This document shows positions 19,299 through 27,700 of a stretch of 39,816 nt of DNA, piece after piece. Every line of letters starts with the position of its first letter. Position 1 is the first letter of the stretch. Made by a program: the position numbers and the translations under genes. The DNA is from a virus. Lineage: Duplodnaviria; Caudoviricetes. Under the pieces are notes generated by a model. It made no database searches. It had not been told where the DNA came from and worked only from the letters and a program-made list of their open reading frames with translations. The stretch lies in the IMG/VR virus record IMGVR_UViG_3300031965_000479, positions 1-39,816 of that record; one strand, written 5' to 3'.

Positions 19299-19765
19299 GC
19301 GCCTCTGGCCGCCTTCTGCCGGGACTTCTTCACGTGTTTCGGGGTCGCCTTCTGCGTCGGGTAGCAGCGCCCCAAGTCGCGCAGCTGGCACTCGACGCAC
19401 ACATTCCCGGTCGAGACTTTCTTCCCGGTATGGTGGTTCGTGCCGACGGTTTCACCGTTCCCCATTTGCTCGTGCCCCTTGTCGCAGATGTACAGCTCGG
19501 CCGGCTTCGGAGGCTCCTCGTATGCCTCGACCTGCATACCCTCGGTGAAGCGCTTCAGTTCGGCGCGCTCCTCGTCGCTCAGCTGCGCCTCGAGGATTTC
19601 GGCTTCCTGGGCTGCAGTGAACGCCTTGACCGCGTCGGGCGACGGGGCTTGTGCCTCGGGCGGCGGTGCCTCGGGGATCACGAAACAGTCCTCGCCGGGA
19701 GGTGAGGTGTCGATCAGCTCCTCGACAGTCCCATCGGGAATCACTCCACGCTTCTTCTTGCTCAT
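19295..19765 (-). CDS. Hypothetical protein with C-terminal Zn-ribbon
   Basis: ICDKGH...VCVEC. Confidence 0.6.
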   Translation of the reverse strand: MSKKKRGVIPDGTVEELIDTSPPGEDCFVIPEAPPPEAQAPSPDAVKAFTAAQEAEILEAQLSDEERAELKRFTEGMQVEAYEEPPKPAELYICDKGHEQMGNGETVGTNHHTGKKVSTGNVCVECQLRDLGRCYPTQKATPKHVKKSRQKAARGA

Positions 19766-19787
19766 GGCTTCGCTTTCTTCTCGGGCT

Positions 19788-20312
19788 TCATTCTGCCTTC
19801 CCCTCTTCGAGCAGCTTCTGCAGCAGCTCCTCCGGGTAGTTCACTTTCGCCCCTGCCGTGAGCGCAGCGATCCGATTCCGCATGCGTCCGTTCTCGGCCT
19901 GCTGCCGCTTGTCTTCAAGCTCGGTCAGCTGAGCGAACATCTCGGAGCGCCTGCTCGCCAGCCCCTGGGCGCGTTCGAGCAGGGCCACCTTCTCCTTGGT
20001 GTCCTCCGTTGCCTCGACCCGAGTCATCAGCAGGCCCTCGAGTTCAGCGAGCCTGGCAAGCTCCCTCGAGTAGCATCCGAGCAAGCGCTGGAGCAGCCGG
20101 CGAGCCGTGAGCTTCGGGGCAGTCGTGTGCGGCCGAATCGCCCTCCGATGCCCCACGCAGAACGGCGAGTCAGCCGTGCGAAATCCGATGCACCAACGCC
20201 CGTCGTCGTACTGGAACGCGCAGTTTTTTCCGCGATCCACGACCTCTGCTGGCTCCGGCGTTTCATCGGTATCCAACGGGTATAGTTGTACATGTGTTCC
20301 CTGATTGGTCAA
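19788..20312 (-). CDS. Hypothetical protein; terminase small subunit candidate
   Basis: N-terminal C..C..C..H knuckle followed by helical/coiled region; no better TerS candidate adjacent to terL. Confidence 0.4.
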   Translation of the reverse strand: MTNQGTHVQLYPLDTDETPEPAEVVDRGKNCAFQYDDGRWCIGFRTADSPFCVGHRRAIRPHTTAPKLTARRLLQRLLGCYSRELARLAELEGLLMTRVEATEDTKEKVALLERAQGLASRRSEMFAQLTELEDKRQQAENGRMRNRIAALTAGAKVNYPEELLQKLLEEGKAE

Positions 20313-20512
20313 GTGCCCTTGACTATCACATCCGCGTCATGTGGTAGCTGCTGGCTATCAGCGCGTTTCGTCCCCTGCGCCAACCTCACCCAAGTGTGCG
20401 CGCCCTTGTCGCAGCTGAATTCCCATGTCCGGCGGTCCGGGCTGTGCGCCACCGGGTGCATCACGCCCCTGCAGCCGTGGACTTCGCAGGGCACGGCTGG
20501 CGGTAGCTTCAT
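20309..20512 (-). CDS. Small Zn-ribbon protein
   Basis: CEVHGC..CDKGAH; overlap coupling. Confidence 0.5.
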   Translation of the reverse strand: MKLPPAVPCEVHGCRGVMHPVAHSPDRRTWEFSCDKGAHTWVRLAQGTKRADSQQLPHDADVIVKGT

Positions 20513-20985
20513 CTACGCTTCTCGTTCCACCGGCGCAGCCGGGCTGAGACTTCCTCGAACTCCAATCGGGCGAATCGATCGCGTCCGGGCCACGTAGATT
20601 TGGCCCACCAGTCGGATAGGTCCCTGTCGTAGTCGGATCGGTGAGCGGCGCAAAGGAACCGCCGCGACTCGCGTGGGCCTCGAGAAATGAACGTGATCGC
20701 CGGTTCGTCGCACCAGTCGCACGGGATGACCACCCCCTCGAGATACTTCGAATCGCGGAATCTCTTGACCATGTCGAGTTCGTCTTTCGAGAATCGCTGC
20801 TCGCATTTGCAGCTGCTGTGGTCGCGTAGATAGCCTCCGTCACAGCATCCGCGGCAGTTGGCGTTGATACACACCGGAGACGGCTCATGCCCCGACGGGC
20901 AGTATTCCCCTCTCCGGCATCTCCGCTTCATCCATCTGGTTCCGATCACCCATTTGCAGAACAGTCGCCACGCCAGCACGATCAC
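20509..20985 (-). CDS. Cys-rich hypothetical protein
   Basis: GTGA overlap; multiple CxxC. Confidence 0.5.
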   Translation of the reverse strand: MIVLAWRLFCKWVIGTRWMKRRCRRGEYCPSGHEPSPVCINANCRGCCDGGYLRDHSSCKCEQRFSKDELDMVKRFRDSKYLEGVVIPCDWCDEPAITFISRGPRESRRFLCAAHRSDYDRDLSDWWAKSTWPGRDRFARLEFEEVSARLRRWNEKRR

Positions 20986-21143
20986 GGCGACACCAGGTAC
21001 TTGCAGCACGCCGCCGTGGTCGCGGCGGCGGCCAGCGCCTGCATGGCAGGAAGCCAGTCGTGCACCCATAGTTGAACGTGAAGGCGCCATGGCGGCGCAG
21101 GCGGAGCCCATGCCTTTGGTTCCCTGTCTTCGACTTCAATCAC
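20982..21143 (-). CDS. Small hypothetical protein
   Basis: GTGA overlaps at both ends. Confidence 0.4.
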   Translation of the reverse strand: MIEVEDREPKAWAPPAPPWRLHVQLWVHDWLPAMQALAAAATTAACCKYLVSP

Positions 21144-21571
21144 AACGGCACCGCCTTTCTCAGCATTTTCCACGCAGCCAAAATCACCCCGATCACAACC
21201 AGTCCGATGCCTCCGAATAGCCACCATCGCGGCTTCGTCTCGGCCCGCACGTCCTTTGATTTGTCGAGGTCAGCCTTCACCTCGCGCTTCGCCTCAGTCT
21301 TCGCGACGACACCGCCCGCGGCGACAAACCAACTGCCATCCAGTTCTTCGATGACAGTCGTGTCCAGCACGCCATCCGGGTGCTTCACGGTGCGGGTCGT
21401 TCGCACTGTGCGCCGCGTGCCGCCCTTCGCCTCAGTCGTGGACTTCACCTCGACTGAGGCCACCTCGGCGACAGCGACGCGCGCGGCTTCCTGGTGCTGG
21501 TCACGAGTGATCGTGGTCTTGGACAGCAGCCCGCAGCCGGAAAGCACTAGGGCGAGAGCGGCGAGTTTCAT
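21140..21571 (-). CDS. Unimolecular spanin (u-spanin) candidate
   Basis: Lipobox LSGC, Thr/Val-rich periplasmic part, C-terminal TMD WWLFGGIGLVVIGVILAAW followed by basic tail. Confidence 0.7.
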   Translation of the reverse strand: MKLAALALVLSGCGLLSKTTITRDQHQEAARVAVAEVASVEVKSTTEAKGGTRRTVRTTRTVKHPDGVLDTTVIEELDGSWFVAAGGVVAKTEAKREVKADLDKSKDVRAETKPRWWLFGGIGLVVIGVILAAWKMLRKAVPL

Positions 21572-21789
21572 TCGCGCGCCTCTATTGCTTCGCGAAGTCG
21601 ACGCGGTGGACCACCTGCGCCGTCGTTGAACCAGCTCAACCGCCGCGCCCTACGATGGTCCGTCTCCGACATGTGCCGGCCCGATTTGCGGGTGCGCCCT
21701 GGACCACAATCGCACTCATGCGTCCCGTTGCTTGGATTCGGTAACGGGAAACCGCAGCGCGCGCAGCGCAGGAATTGGTCATGACTCAT
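21568..21789 (-). CDS. Small Zn-binding hypothetical protein
   Basis: RCARCG..HECDC; ATGA coupling. Confidence 0.45.
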   Translation of the reverse strand: MSHDQFLRCARCGFPLPNPSNGTHECDCGPGRTRKSGRHMSETDHRRARRLSWFNDGAGGPPRRLREAIEARE

Positions 21790-22124
21790 GGGGTCCGCTT
21801 CAGGTAGTTGGTCACCGCAAATTCGCCGTGCAGCCCTCCCTTCGCACCTTCGCCTTCTCGGCTGCGATGATGCGGTCGAATGCCCCCCATAACCCTGGAT
21901 TCGCGGCCGCACTCCTGCGCTTCTTCGCACTCAATCCGGTGTGCCCTGAGAAGGCAGGAGTCGCGACAATAGGCCCTGCTGGCGACGGGCCAGTAGGAGT
22001 GCCTCATAACCGGACCGAAGCACCAGGAACACGGCTTATCGAGTCGCATGTGCATCAGCCCGCTGATATCCGGCCCGTGCGGCCACGGGAGCGACAAGGT
22101 GAGCGGACACACCAGCGCGCTCAC
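21786..22124 (-). CDS. Cys-rich hypothetical protein
   Basis: CSWC..YCRDSC; overlap coupling. Confidence 0.45.
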   Translation of the reverse strand: MSALVCPLTLSLPWPHGPDISGLMHMRLDKPCSWCFGPVMRHSYWPVASRAYCRDSCLLRAHRIECEEAQECGRESRVMGGIRPHHRSREGEGAKGGLHGEFAVTNYLKRTP

Positions 22125-22402
22125 TTGCCACCGCCATTATCCGCCGGGTCGCAATTCGGACAGCCAGCGACTTCGCCGCCCTCGTGGTAGCAGACCGCCG
22201 TCCCCGCCTCGGCCGTGGCCTTCACTTCGACGGCGGCGACCTCGGCGACAGCGACGCGCGCGGCTTCCTGGTGGCTGTCCTTCGTCACGGTCGTGCGTGA
22301 GAGCAGCCCGCAGCCGGAAAGCGCCAGGGCGAGGGCGGCGGTACACCAGTGCCAGTGGTAACCGCCGTGGCTCCCGTACCCCGGGCGTTCATGCGCCATC
22401 AC
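22121..22402 (-). CDS. Mosaic protein carrying a copy of the spanin N-terminal segment
   Basis: ALALALSGCGLLSRTTVTKDSHQEAARVAVAEVAAVEVK near-identical to 21140..21571. Confidence 0.5.
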   Translation of the reverse strand: MMAHERPGYGSHGGYHWHWCTAALALALSGCGLLSRTTVTKDSHQEAARVAVAEVAAVEVKATAEAGTAVCYHEGGEVAGCPNCDPADNGGGK

Positions 22403-22635
22403 GTCCCTCCCTTCGCCCCGCGCGCCTGCTCGGCTGCGACGAGGCGGTCGAATGCCGCGGCGACGTTAGCCACCGGAAGCGCGACGATGACGCGGCCGTA
22501 GTCAGTGACTCTGGCCAACGCCACCACGGCCGCCACCTCCCGTCGCGCCTCCTCGAACGCCTTGAGCCTGACGGCCGCGCAGTCTTTGCAGTGCGGGCCG
22601 TGGCGATGCAACGTCATGTCCGTAAAGTCGCTCAT
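22399..22635 (-). CDS. Small hypothetical protein
   Basis: MSDFTDM..HCKDC..; overlap coupling. Confidence 0.5.
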   Translation of the reverse strand: MSDFTDMTLHRHGPHCKDCAAVRLKAFEEARREVAAVVALARVTDYGRVIVALPVANVAAAFDRLVAAEQARGAKGGT

Positions 22636-22799
22636 TTTCCACCCTTCGCCTTCTCGGCTGCCCACGTTGCGGCGAGGAGGATCTTGATGCCCTCGACTTC
22701 GAAGCCGTATGGCTGGGTGATATTCGCCGCGCTCTGCAGCTCGCCGACCCTCTCGCGCAGCAGACGCCTGGCCGCGTGAAAGCACGCTACGGCGGTCAT
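22632..22799 (-). CDS. Small hypothetical protein (55 aa)
   Basis: MTAVACFHAA...AAEKAKGGK; ATGA overlaps at both ends. Confidence 0.5.
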   Translation of the reverse strand: MTAVACFHAARRLLRERVGELQSAANITQPYGFEVEGIKILLAATWAAEKAKGGK

Positions 22800-23395
22800 T
22801 CGACACCGTCCCTTCGCGCGCGAACCTCGTCCCTGTGCGCCTCCCGTTCCTTCTCTGCTTCAATGGCGTCGAGGTTCTCGGCCAGATTCGCCCGCTGTCT
22901 TTCCTCTGTCGGCACGGGCCAGCCGAGGCGCACGAGCGACTCCCTCGAGCTCTCCGGCTTCTCCGCCGTCCCCGCCTCGCCCGCGGGCCGCTGGAGGGCG
23001 GCGAGAGCCTTCTCGCACTGAGCGGCCCGCTCGAACCACGCATCACCCGCTGTGTCGACCGACACGACTTGTGTCAGCGGCGCCTCCCACAGCAACCGTC
23101 GCGCCTGCTCCAACGCAGCCCGCAGCGCGTCCCGTTCTTTCTTCAGGTCGAAGACCCTTTGTGCGCGTTCATCGCGCTGCCGACACGCCCTGTCCCGCTC
23201 CTCCGCGATCGCCTTCGCGGCGGCGATCATTCCAGCGATGATGGTCGCCTGGCGCGCCCGCATGGTCGCAAGCTCGTCACGCTCCGCCTTTAGCGCTGCG
23301 ACCTGGGATTTCAGGGCGGCCACCTCCCCGTCGCGGCTCTCGTGCCCCATGACATGGCCGTGGCCCATGTTGGTCGCACAGTCCTCGCAACTCAT
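22796..23395 (-). CDS. Coiled-coil hypothetical protein
   Basis: MSCEDC.. then heptad-rich helix; ATGA overlap. Confidence 0.6.
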   Translation of the reverse strand: MSCEDCATNMGHGHVMGHESRDGEVAALKSQVAALKAERDELATMRARQATIIAGMIAAAKAIAEERDRACRQRDERAQRVFDLKKERDALRAALEQARRLLWEAPLTQVVSVDTAGDAWFERAAQCEKALAALQRPAGEAGTAEKPESSRESLVRLGWPVPTEERQRANLAENLDAIEAEKEREAHRDEVRARRDGVE

Positions 23396-23613
23396 GCCAA
23401 CCCCCGAAGCAAGTCGCCCACGAACCACTTCACCCGCTGCCACCGCGCGGTCGGCTTCACCGGGAGCATCTCGACCAAGGTCACCATCTCTGGTTCGTTG
23501 CCGAAATGGATGAGCCCCGCCGCGAACGCCTCAGCCTTCGCCTTGGCCATCGCCACCGACCGGCGTTGTTGACCGCCGGGCGTCTCCCATTCCACCACGA
23601 ATTTCGTTTCCAT
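23392..23613 (-). CDS. Hypothetical protein
   Basis: GGAGG SD, TAATG overlap. Confidence 0.55.
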   Translation of the reverse strand: METKFVVEWETPGGQQRRSVAMAKAKAEAFAAGLIHFGNEPEMVTLVEMLPVKPTARWQRVKWFVGDLLRGLA

Positions 23614-24143
23614 TAACCGGCCTCCGGCAATTCGTTGAGCAACGCGAACTCGCCAAACATTTCCCTCGCCGCGGCGTTGTACGCCATAGCAGCCTCTTCG
23701 GCCGTGTCGAACGAACCGAGAGGTACGCTGCCATTCGTTCCAATCCTGGCCCGCCAGCGACCGCTGGCCTTATGCCAATTCACGCCCTTGAACCCACTGG
23801 TGCTATCGCGGCGAAGACGTGCGTTCTGGCAGTTCTGAGCGTTAGTGGCGACCCGTAGGTTGCCGTCCGTGCAGTCGAGAGTGTCGTGATTGCGATGGTC
23901 AACCTTCTCGGCATATAAGAGCTTTCGTCCAAGACGCAATTCAACGGCCTCTCGGTGCAAGAAGAAGGTCTCGTATCCGTTGCCGTTCCATACTGTGCGC
24001 TTGGCACGATAGGACCGCGTGCACGGGTCCCAGAGCGCGTGCCATCTCGACCTGGACAGGACCGCCGCAAATTCATGACTGACCTTTGCGGCCTGCCCCT
24101 GTGTCAACGGGATCTCGACCCACAGACTTGGTTTGTCGCTCAT
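23613..24143 (-). CDS. HNH-AP2 homing endonuclease
   Basis: IPLTQG, LHR, VDHRNHDTLD..NLR..N, SGFKGV..W, AYNAAAREMFGEFA. Confidence 0.9.
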   Translation of the reverse strand: MSDKPSLWVEIPLTQGQAAKVSHEFAAVLSRSRWHALWDPCTRSYRAKRTVWNGNGYETFFLHREAVELRLGRKLLYAEKVDHRNHDTLDCTDGNLRVATNAQNCQNARLRRDSTSGFKGVNWHKASGRWRARIGTNGSVPLGSFDTAEEAAMAYNAAAREMFGEFALLNELPEAG

Positions 24144-24382
24144 TTTCCCGCCTCCCTTTCCGCTATGGCCTTCGCTCGCTTCGCTGATTCGAGCGCGCGA
24201 TCCGCCAGGTCGAATCTGTACTTGGCGTCAGCCAGCGCTTCCTCAGCCGCGTCCCTCGCCGCTTTCAGCGTGGCAATGTCATCCGCCGGCGGACAGCCAG
24301 CGGTTTGCCATTCCCAGCACGCGGTGCACTTCCCGCACCTGGTGTCGCGCCCGTACCGACGCCTAGGTTTTGTGCATTCCAT
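24140..24382 (-). CDS. Small Cys-rich hypothetical protein
   Basis: CGKCTAC; overlap coupling. Confidence 0.5.
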   Translation of the reverse strand: MECTKPRRRYGRDTRCGKCTACWEWQTAGCPPADDIATLKAARDAAEEALADAKYRFDLADRALESAKRAKAIAEREAGK

Positions 24383-24699
24383 CAGACCGCCACCTTTCGC
24401 CTGCCAGCGTTGCACCTCTCGCAGCGCCACGACTTCCGACCGAGTCGCCATGCTTCCGTGAACACCTGCGGCGTGGCGTCGCAGTCGATGCAGACGCCTC
24501 GGGCGCGACGTGCGTGCTTCGATGCCATGTTGGTCCTGCTCTTCGCCTCGCCTCGGCTCGATGGGCACGCATGGCACTTGTCCGCGCATTTCTGGCAGCG
24601 CACCAGTCCCGGCCGCGCCTGTCCCTTGCACCCCACGCAAAGGCCGTTGCTTCGCAACTCGAGGTAGCGCTCCCTGAGATACTCGGCGCGCGGGCTCAC
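24382..24699 (-). CDS. Tandem Zn-finger basic protein
   Basis: Two GLCxxC...RCxxC repeats. Confidence 0.55.
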   Translation of the reverse strand: MSPRAEYLRERYLELRSNGLCVGCKGQARPGLVRCQKCADKCHACPSSRGEAKSRTNMASKHARRARGVCIDCDATPQVFTEAWRLGRKSWRCERCNAGRRKVAV

Positions 24700-25079
24700 C
24701 ACACGAGCCCCGCTTGCGAGCCCAGCCCCGTGGTTGTGAGGCCCATGTCGCACTTGTCGGCCGCGTGGTCCTTGTCGACGGTCAGACCACACGCGCACCG
24801 CAGGCGCGGACCTGAAAGCATTGGCTCGCGCTCGGACGCCCGGTTGAAGCGCTTGCGCGGCTTCACCGCGATGCCCAGTGAGATGGCTCGTCGGCGCTTC
24901 CAGTGGTGCCAGAGGTTTGCGGCCGACATCTTCGAGACCCCGAACGCCGCAGCCATCTCGCGGGTGCTGCCACCGGCAATGCCGATCTCGTTCACCTTGG
25001 CGAAGTAGGCGTTGCACTCCGCGCACTTCTGGCAGCGGGCGTGCGCCCGCGGTTTCGTGCAAATGAACTCGGCTTTCAT
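24696..25079 (-). CDS. HTH/Zn-finger DNA-binding protein
   Basis: GGSTREMAAAFGVSKMSA helix-turn-helix; AAGGAG SD. Confidence 0.55.
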   Translation of the reverse strand: MKAEFICTKPRAHARCQKCAECNAYFAKVNEIGIAGGSTREMAAAFGVSKMSAANLWHHWKRRRAISLGIAVKPRKRFNRASEREPMLSGPRLRCACGLTVDKDHAADKCDMGLTTTGLGSQAGLVW

Positions 25080-25441
25080 GGTGCTCCTTTCGACTTCGCC
25101 AATCCCTCGGTCAGACGCTCCAGGCGCGCGGCCATCTTTGGCGACGGCTCCGGCCACGGCTCCTTGGGTTCGAACGCCGGAAGCTGGAGACGCGCGTGAT
25201 ACGGCGGCTCGCGGTCCTCCTTCAGCGCGCAGGCTCGGACGCGGCCGTCAGTAGGCAGGAACCCGGTGCCGTTCGTCTTGCGCGCCTCGATGAACCCGGT
25301 TTCGACCTGCGCGATGTCAAGGTCACGAAGCACCCGCCAGTAAGCGCGCTTCTCCGGATCAGTCGGCACCCCGCGTCCGCCTCCGAGAAACATCTCGGAG
25401 ATCGCCGCCGTGAATCTGACTCCGTCCTCACTCCATTTCAT
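25076..25441 (-). CDS. Helicase loader/inhibitor (G39P-like)
   Basis: YWRVLRDL..V...A.K..FLPT..VR pattern; directly after initiator. Confidence 0.6.
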   Translation of the reverse strand: MKWSEDGVRFTAAISEMFLGGGRGVPTDPEKRAYWRVLRDLDIAQVETGFIEARKTNGTGFLPTDGRVRACALKEDREPPYHARLQLPAFEPKEPWPEPSPKMAARLERLTEGLAKSKGAP

Positions 25442-26384
25442 CGCCGACGCCCCCCTGCGCAAGCCTGACCATCTGCCCCATTTGCTCCGTCTCTCGCTTC
25501 GAACGCGCGGGCGGCGGACGCTGCTGTGGCTGCGCCAGCTCGATGCCACGGGCCACGTGGCTCCCGGTGCGGACGATGAGGTTCAGGTCCAGGTACTTCG
25601 TCCCAGACTCGTTCTGGCCGCAGTGGTACGGCGACCGGTGATAGCCGTCGATTGCCTGGCACAGGTCCGCGACGCTGTAGCCCTCGCGCAGCCGGGCGGC
25701 GATCTGCCCCCACTCCTTCGTGCCGGACTTCGGCGCCGGGAACGCCCTCGAGTGATAGCCGCGGTAATGCGCGAAGACTTCCGCGGGCCCTGGGCCCTGG
25801 GTCCGAATCGCCAGCGCCTTTGACGCAGACCTGCCCACAGGCGCGCACGTCTGATCCGGATCAGAGCCGGAAGCTTCTAGGCCGGAAAGAGAAAGAGGGA
25901 GACTCGAGCGAAGCGAGAGATCCGGATCCCTTCCCTTCCCTTCCCTTCCCTTCCTGAGGTCCATCGCCTCGGGATGTGTTTCATCTGTCGTGCAGCTGGC
26001 GATCAGCTGGTGATCAGCTGGTGCACTGTCATTCTCCGCCGGATCGTCTGCCAAGTCGTCCGCCGGGGCGGGGATCATGGACTTCGATTCGTTAGCGGGG
26101 ATGCGCTGGTGCTCTTTCCAGCCGGCGATCTCGATATACCGACGCCACCCGGACTGGTACCGGCGGATCAGTCGCTTCGCCGCCAGGGCGTCCAGCTCGC
26201 GATCCATCTCCATTGTCTCGTACGGGAACAGCTGGACGCGGATGACATTCGGTTTGTCCTCGAGGCGGCCATCGCGGTCAGCCAGGGTCCAGAGACCGAT
26301 GAAGGCCAGGCGCTGGACGTGGGTGAGTTGCGAGATCGTCTCGCTCACGAAGAACGCGGGTTTGATGGTCCGGATGTGCGCCAT
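25428..26384 (-). CDS. Phage replication initiator (replisome organiser)
   Basis: HIRTIKPAFF..RLAFIGLWTLADRDGR N-terminus; KGREGKG linker; conserved C-terminal LREGYSVADL..AIDG..KYL. Confidence 0.8.
   Translation of the reverse strand: MAHIRTIKPAFFVSETISQLTHVQRLAFIGLWTLADRDGRLEDKPNVIRVQLFPYETMEMDRELDALAAKRLIRRYQSGWRRYIEIAGWKEHQRIPANESKSMIPAPADDLADDPAENDSAPADHQLIASCTTDETHPEAMDLRKGREGKGRDPDLSLRSSLPLSLSGLEASGSDPDQTCAPVGRSASKALAIRTQGPGPAEVFAHYRGYHSRAFPAPKSGTKEWGQIAARLREGYSVADLCQAIDGYHRSPYHCGQNESGTKYLDLNLIVRTGSHVARGIELAQPQQRPPPARSKRETEQMGQMVRLAQGGVGDEME
25853..26021. repeat. Putative replication origin: (TCCCT)5 tract, three CAGCTGG iterons, GATCCGGATC palindromes
   Basis: TCCCT x5 at 25927-25951; CAGCTGG at 25993, 26004, 26015 (11-nt phase); located in initiator linker as in lambdoid ori. 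Confidence 0.55.
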
Positions 26385-26918
26385 TTACGGCCTCACCACC
26401 CAGCCCTGCGACCCGAAGACTTCGACGAAGCGATCGACCCGCGGCCCCCAGTAGGTTGCGGCGCAGGGGAACAACGCCCGCATGGGCTTGCCCTTCTTAT
26501 CGAGAGCGGGGCCCCAGGATCCGTCTGGGCGCTGTTCCAAGAACATCAGGCGACCCGACAGGAAGCAGATTGCATGCGCGGTGGTCAGATTCTTCCACCA
26601 ACGCGTGTCGGTGCGCGCCGGGGTCAGCGTAAGTAGCTCGGTGCCGCTTGTTCCCTCGGACGCAAACTTCTCCGACCAGGCGAGCAAGTTCCTCCCGTAG
26701 GGCGGGTTGCAGTAGACGAGGCCGCGACTTTCCCATGGCCACTTCAGCCCGTCTGCCACGGGGTGCGCGTAGATGCCGTCCGCCTCGGTTGGATTGTCGG
26801 TCGTTGTCGCCGGGTCAAGTGCGATTCTACCGGTGGTAGACACACGCCGAACGAGATTCAGGAATTCAGGCGGTGTGCGCCACCCCATGTTCTCCGACGA
26901 CAAGAGCGCGGCGTTCAT
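26385..26918 (-). CDS. dam: Phage DNA N6-adenine methyltransferase (Dam family)
   Basis: WRTPP, LDP, DGL..W, NPPY, PARTDTRWW, GRL.F. Confidence 0.9.
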   Translation of the reverse strand: MNAALLSSENMGWRTPPEFLNLVRRVSTTGRIALDPATTTDNPTEADGIYAHPVADGLKWPWESRGLVYCNPPYGRNLLAWSEKFASEGTSGTELLTLTPARTDTRWWKNLTTAHAICFLSGRLMFLEQRPDGSWGPALDKKGKPMRALFPCAATYWGPRVDRFVEVFGSQGWVVRP

Positions 26919-27130
26919 GTCTCGCCCCTCGCCTTCGCGGCACCAGCGCGCAGGGCAGTGACAGCGGCGGAGTCATATGCCCCGCGCCTGGTGCTCACGG
27001 CGTCCAAGCAATCCAAGTAGAGCTTGTGGTCGGTGCCCGTGGCAAAAGAGATCGCGTTGTACAGCGACCTGAAGACACCGTCTTCGATGAGCTTCGCTGC
27101 TCGTTCCAGCGTGTCGGCGACGCCCATCAT
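26915..27130 (-). CDS. Hypothetical protein
   Basis: ADTLERAAKLIE; overlap coupling. Confidence 0.55.
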   Translation of the reverse strand: MMGVADTLERAAKLIEDGVFRSLYNAISFATGTDHKLYLDCLDAVSTRRGAYDSAAVTALRAGAAKARGET

Positions 27131-27264
27131 TTTGACCCCCGGAGCGCCACGCGCGCAGCTGCGGCTTCGGCTTGCTTCCGGGTGATCTCGCCGGCCAGGT
27201 AGCGATCGGCGATTGCCTCCAGCTCGTCACGCGCGGCGGGAGTAACTGCGGGTCGCGAATTCAT
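27127..27264 (-). CDS. Small hypothetical protein
   Basis: ATGA overlaps. Confidence 0.45.
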   Translation of the reverse strand: MNSRPAVTPAARDELEAIADRYLAGEITRKQAEAAAARVALRGSK

Positions 27265-27461
27265 CGGGACACCGGCTTTCGGCCCTCGGTCGCGACCTTC
27301 ACGGCCTCGCGCAGGCACGGGGCGCAGATGTCGATGCGCCTCTGTTCACCGGCGGTCGGGGCGCTCGTGACGAACGGTGCGCAATGGTTCCGGCGGCCGC
27401 AGACATCGCAGGAAGTGCGTTCCCAGCGGTGCCGCTTCGTGAGAAGCATCAGTTTCATCAC
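27261..27461 (-). CDS. Small Zn-ribbon protein
   Basis: CDVCG..ICAPCL. Confidence 0.55.
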   Translation of the reverse strand: MMKLMLLTKRHRWERTSCDVCGRRNHCAPFVTSAPTAGEQRRIDICAPCLREAVKVATEGRKPVSR

Positions 27462-27700
27462 TTCACCAGCTTCTCCGCTTCGCAGCGGCGGCACGGGGTG
27501 CAGTAGCGGTGCGCTTCCTCGTCGCAGTCCATGTCAGCGCAGAGGCGGGCCAGGGACTTGAATTCCTCTAGGCTCTCGAGGCCGACGGCTACGACCTCTG
27601 GGTCACATTCAATGCCCGCAATCTCGGCCTCAAGTTCAGCGACGTCGACGTTCAGCTCAGCGATATGAACGCGCAGGTTCGCGCACTCAAGGCACTTCAT
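27458..27700 (-). CDS. Cys-rich hypothetical protein
   Basis: CLEC..C..C..YCTPC. Confidence 0.55.
   Translation of the reverse strand: MKCLECANLRVHIAELNVDVAELEAEIAGIECDPEVVAVGLESLEEFKSLARLCADMDCDEEAHRYCTPCRRCEAEKLVK

Noticed and set aside
18649-22661. DGR template/variable repeats or CRISPR mini-array
   Set aside because: No reverse transcriptase or cas gene, differences not adenine-specific, repeats not regularly spaced
25927-25954. (TCCCT)n as a phase-variation tract
   Set aside because: Encodes the KGREGKG linker typical of this initiator family; better explained as part of ori
27127-27264. VbhA-like antitoxin (RYLAGEIT)
   Set aside because: Lacks the S..(I/L)EG motif and there is no Fic toxin nearby
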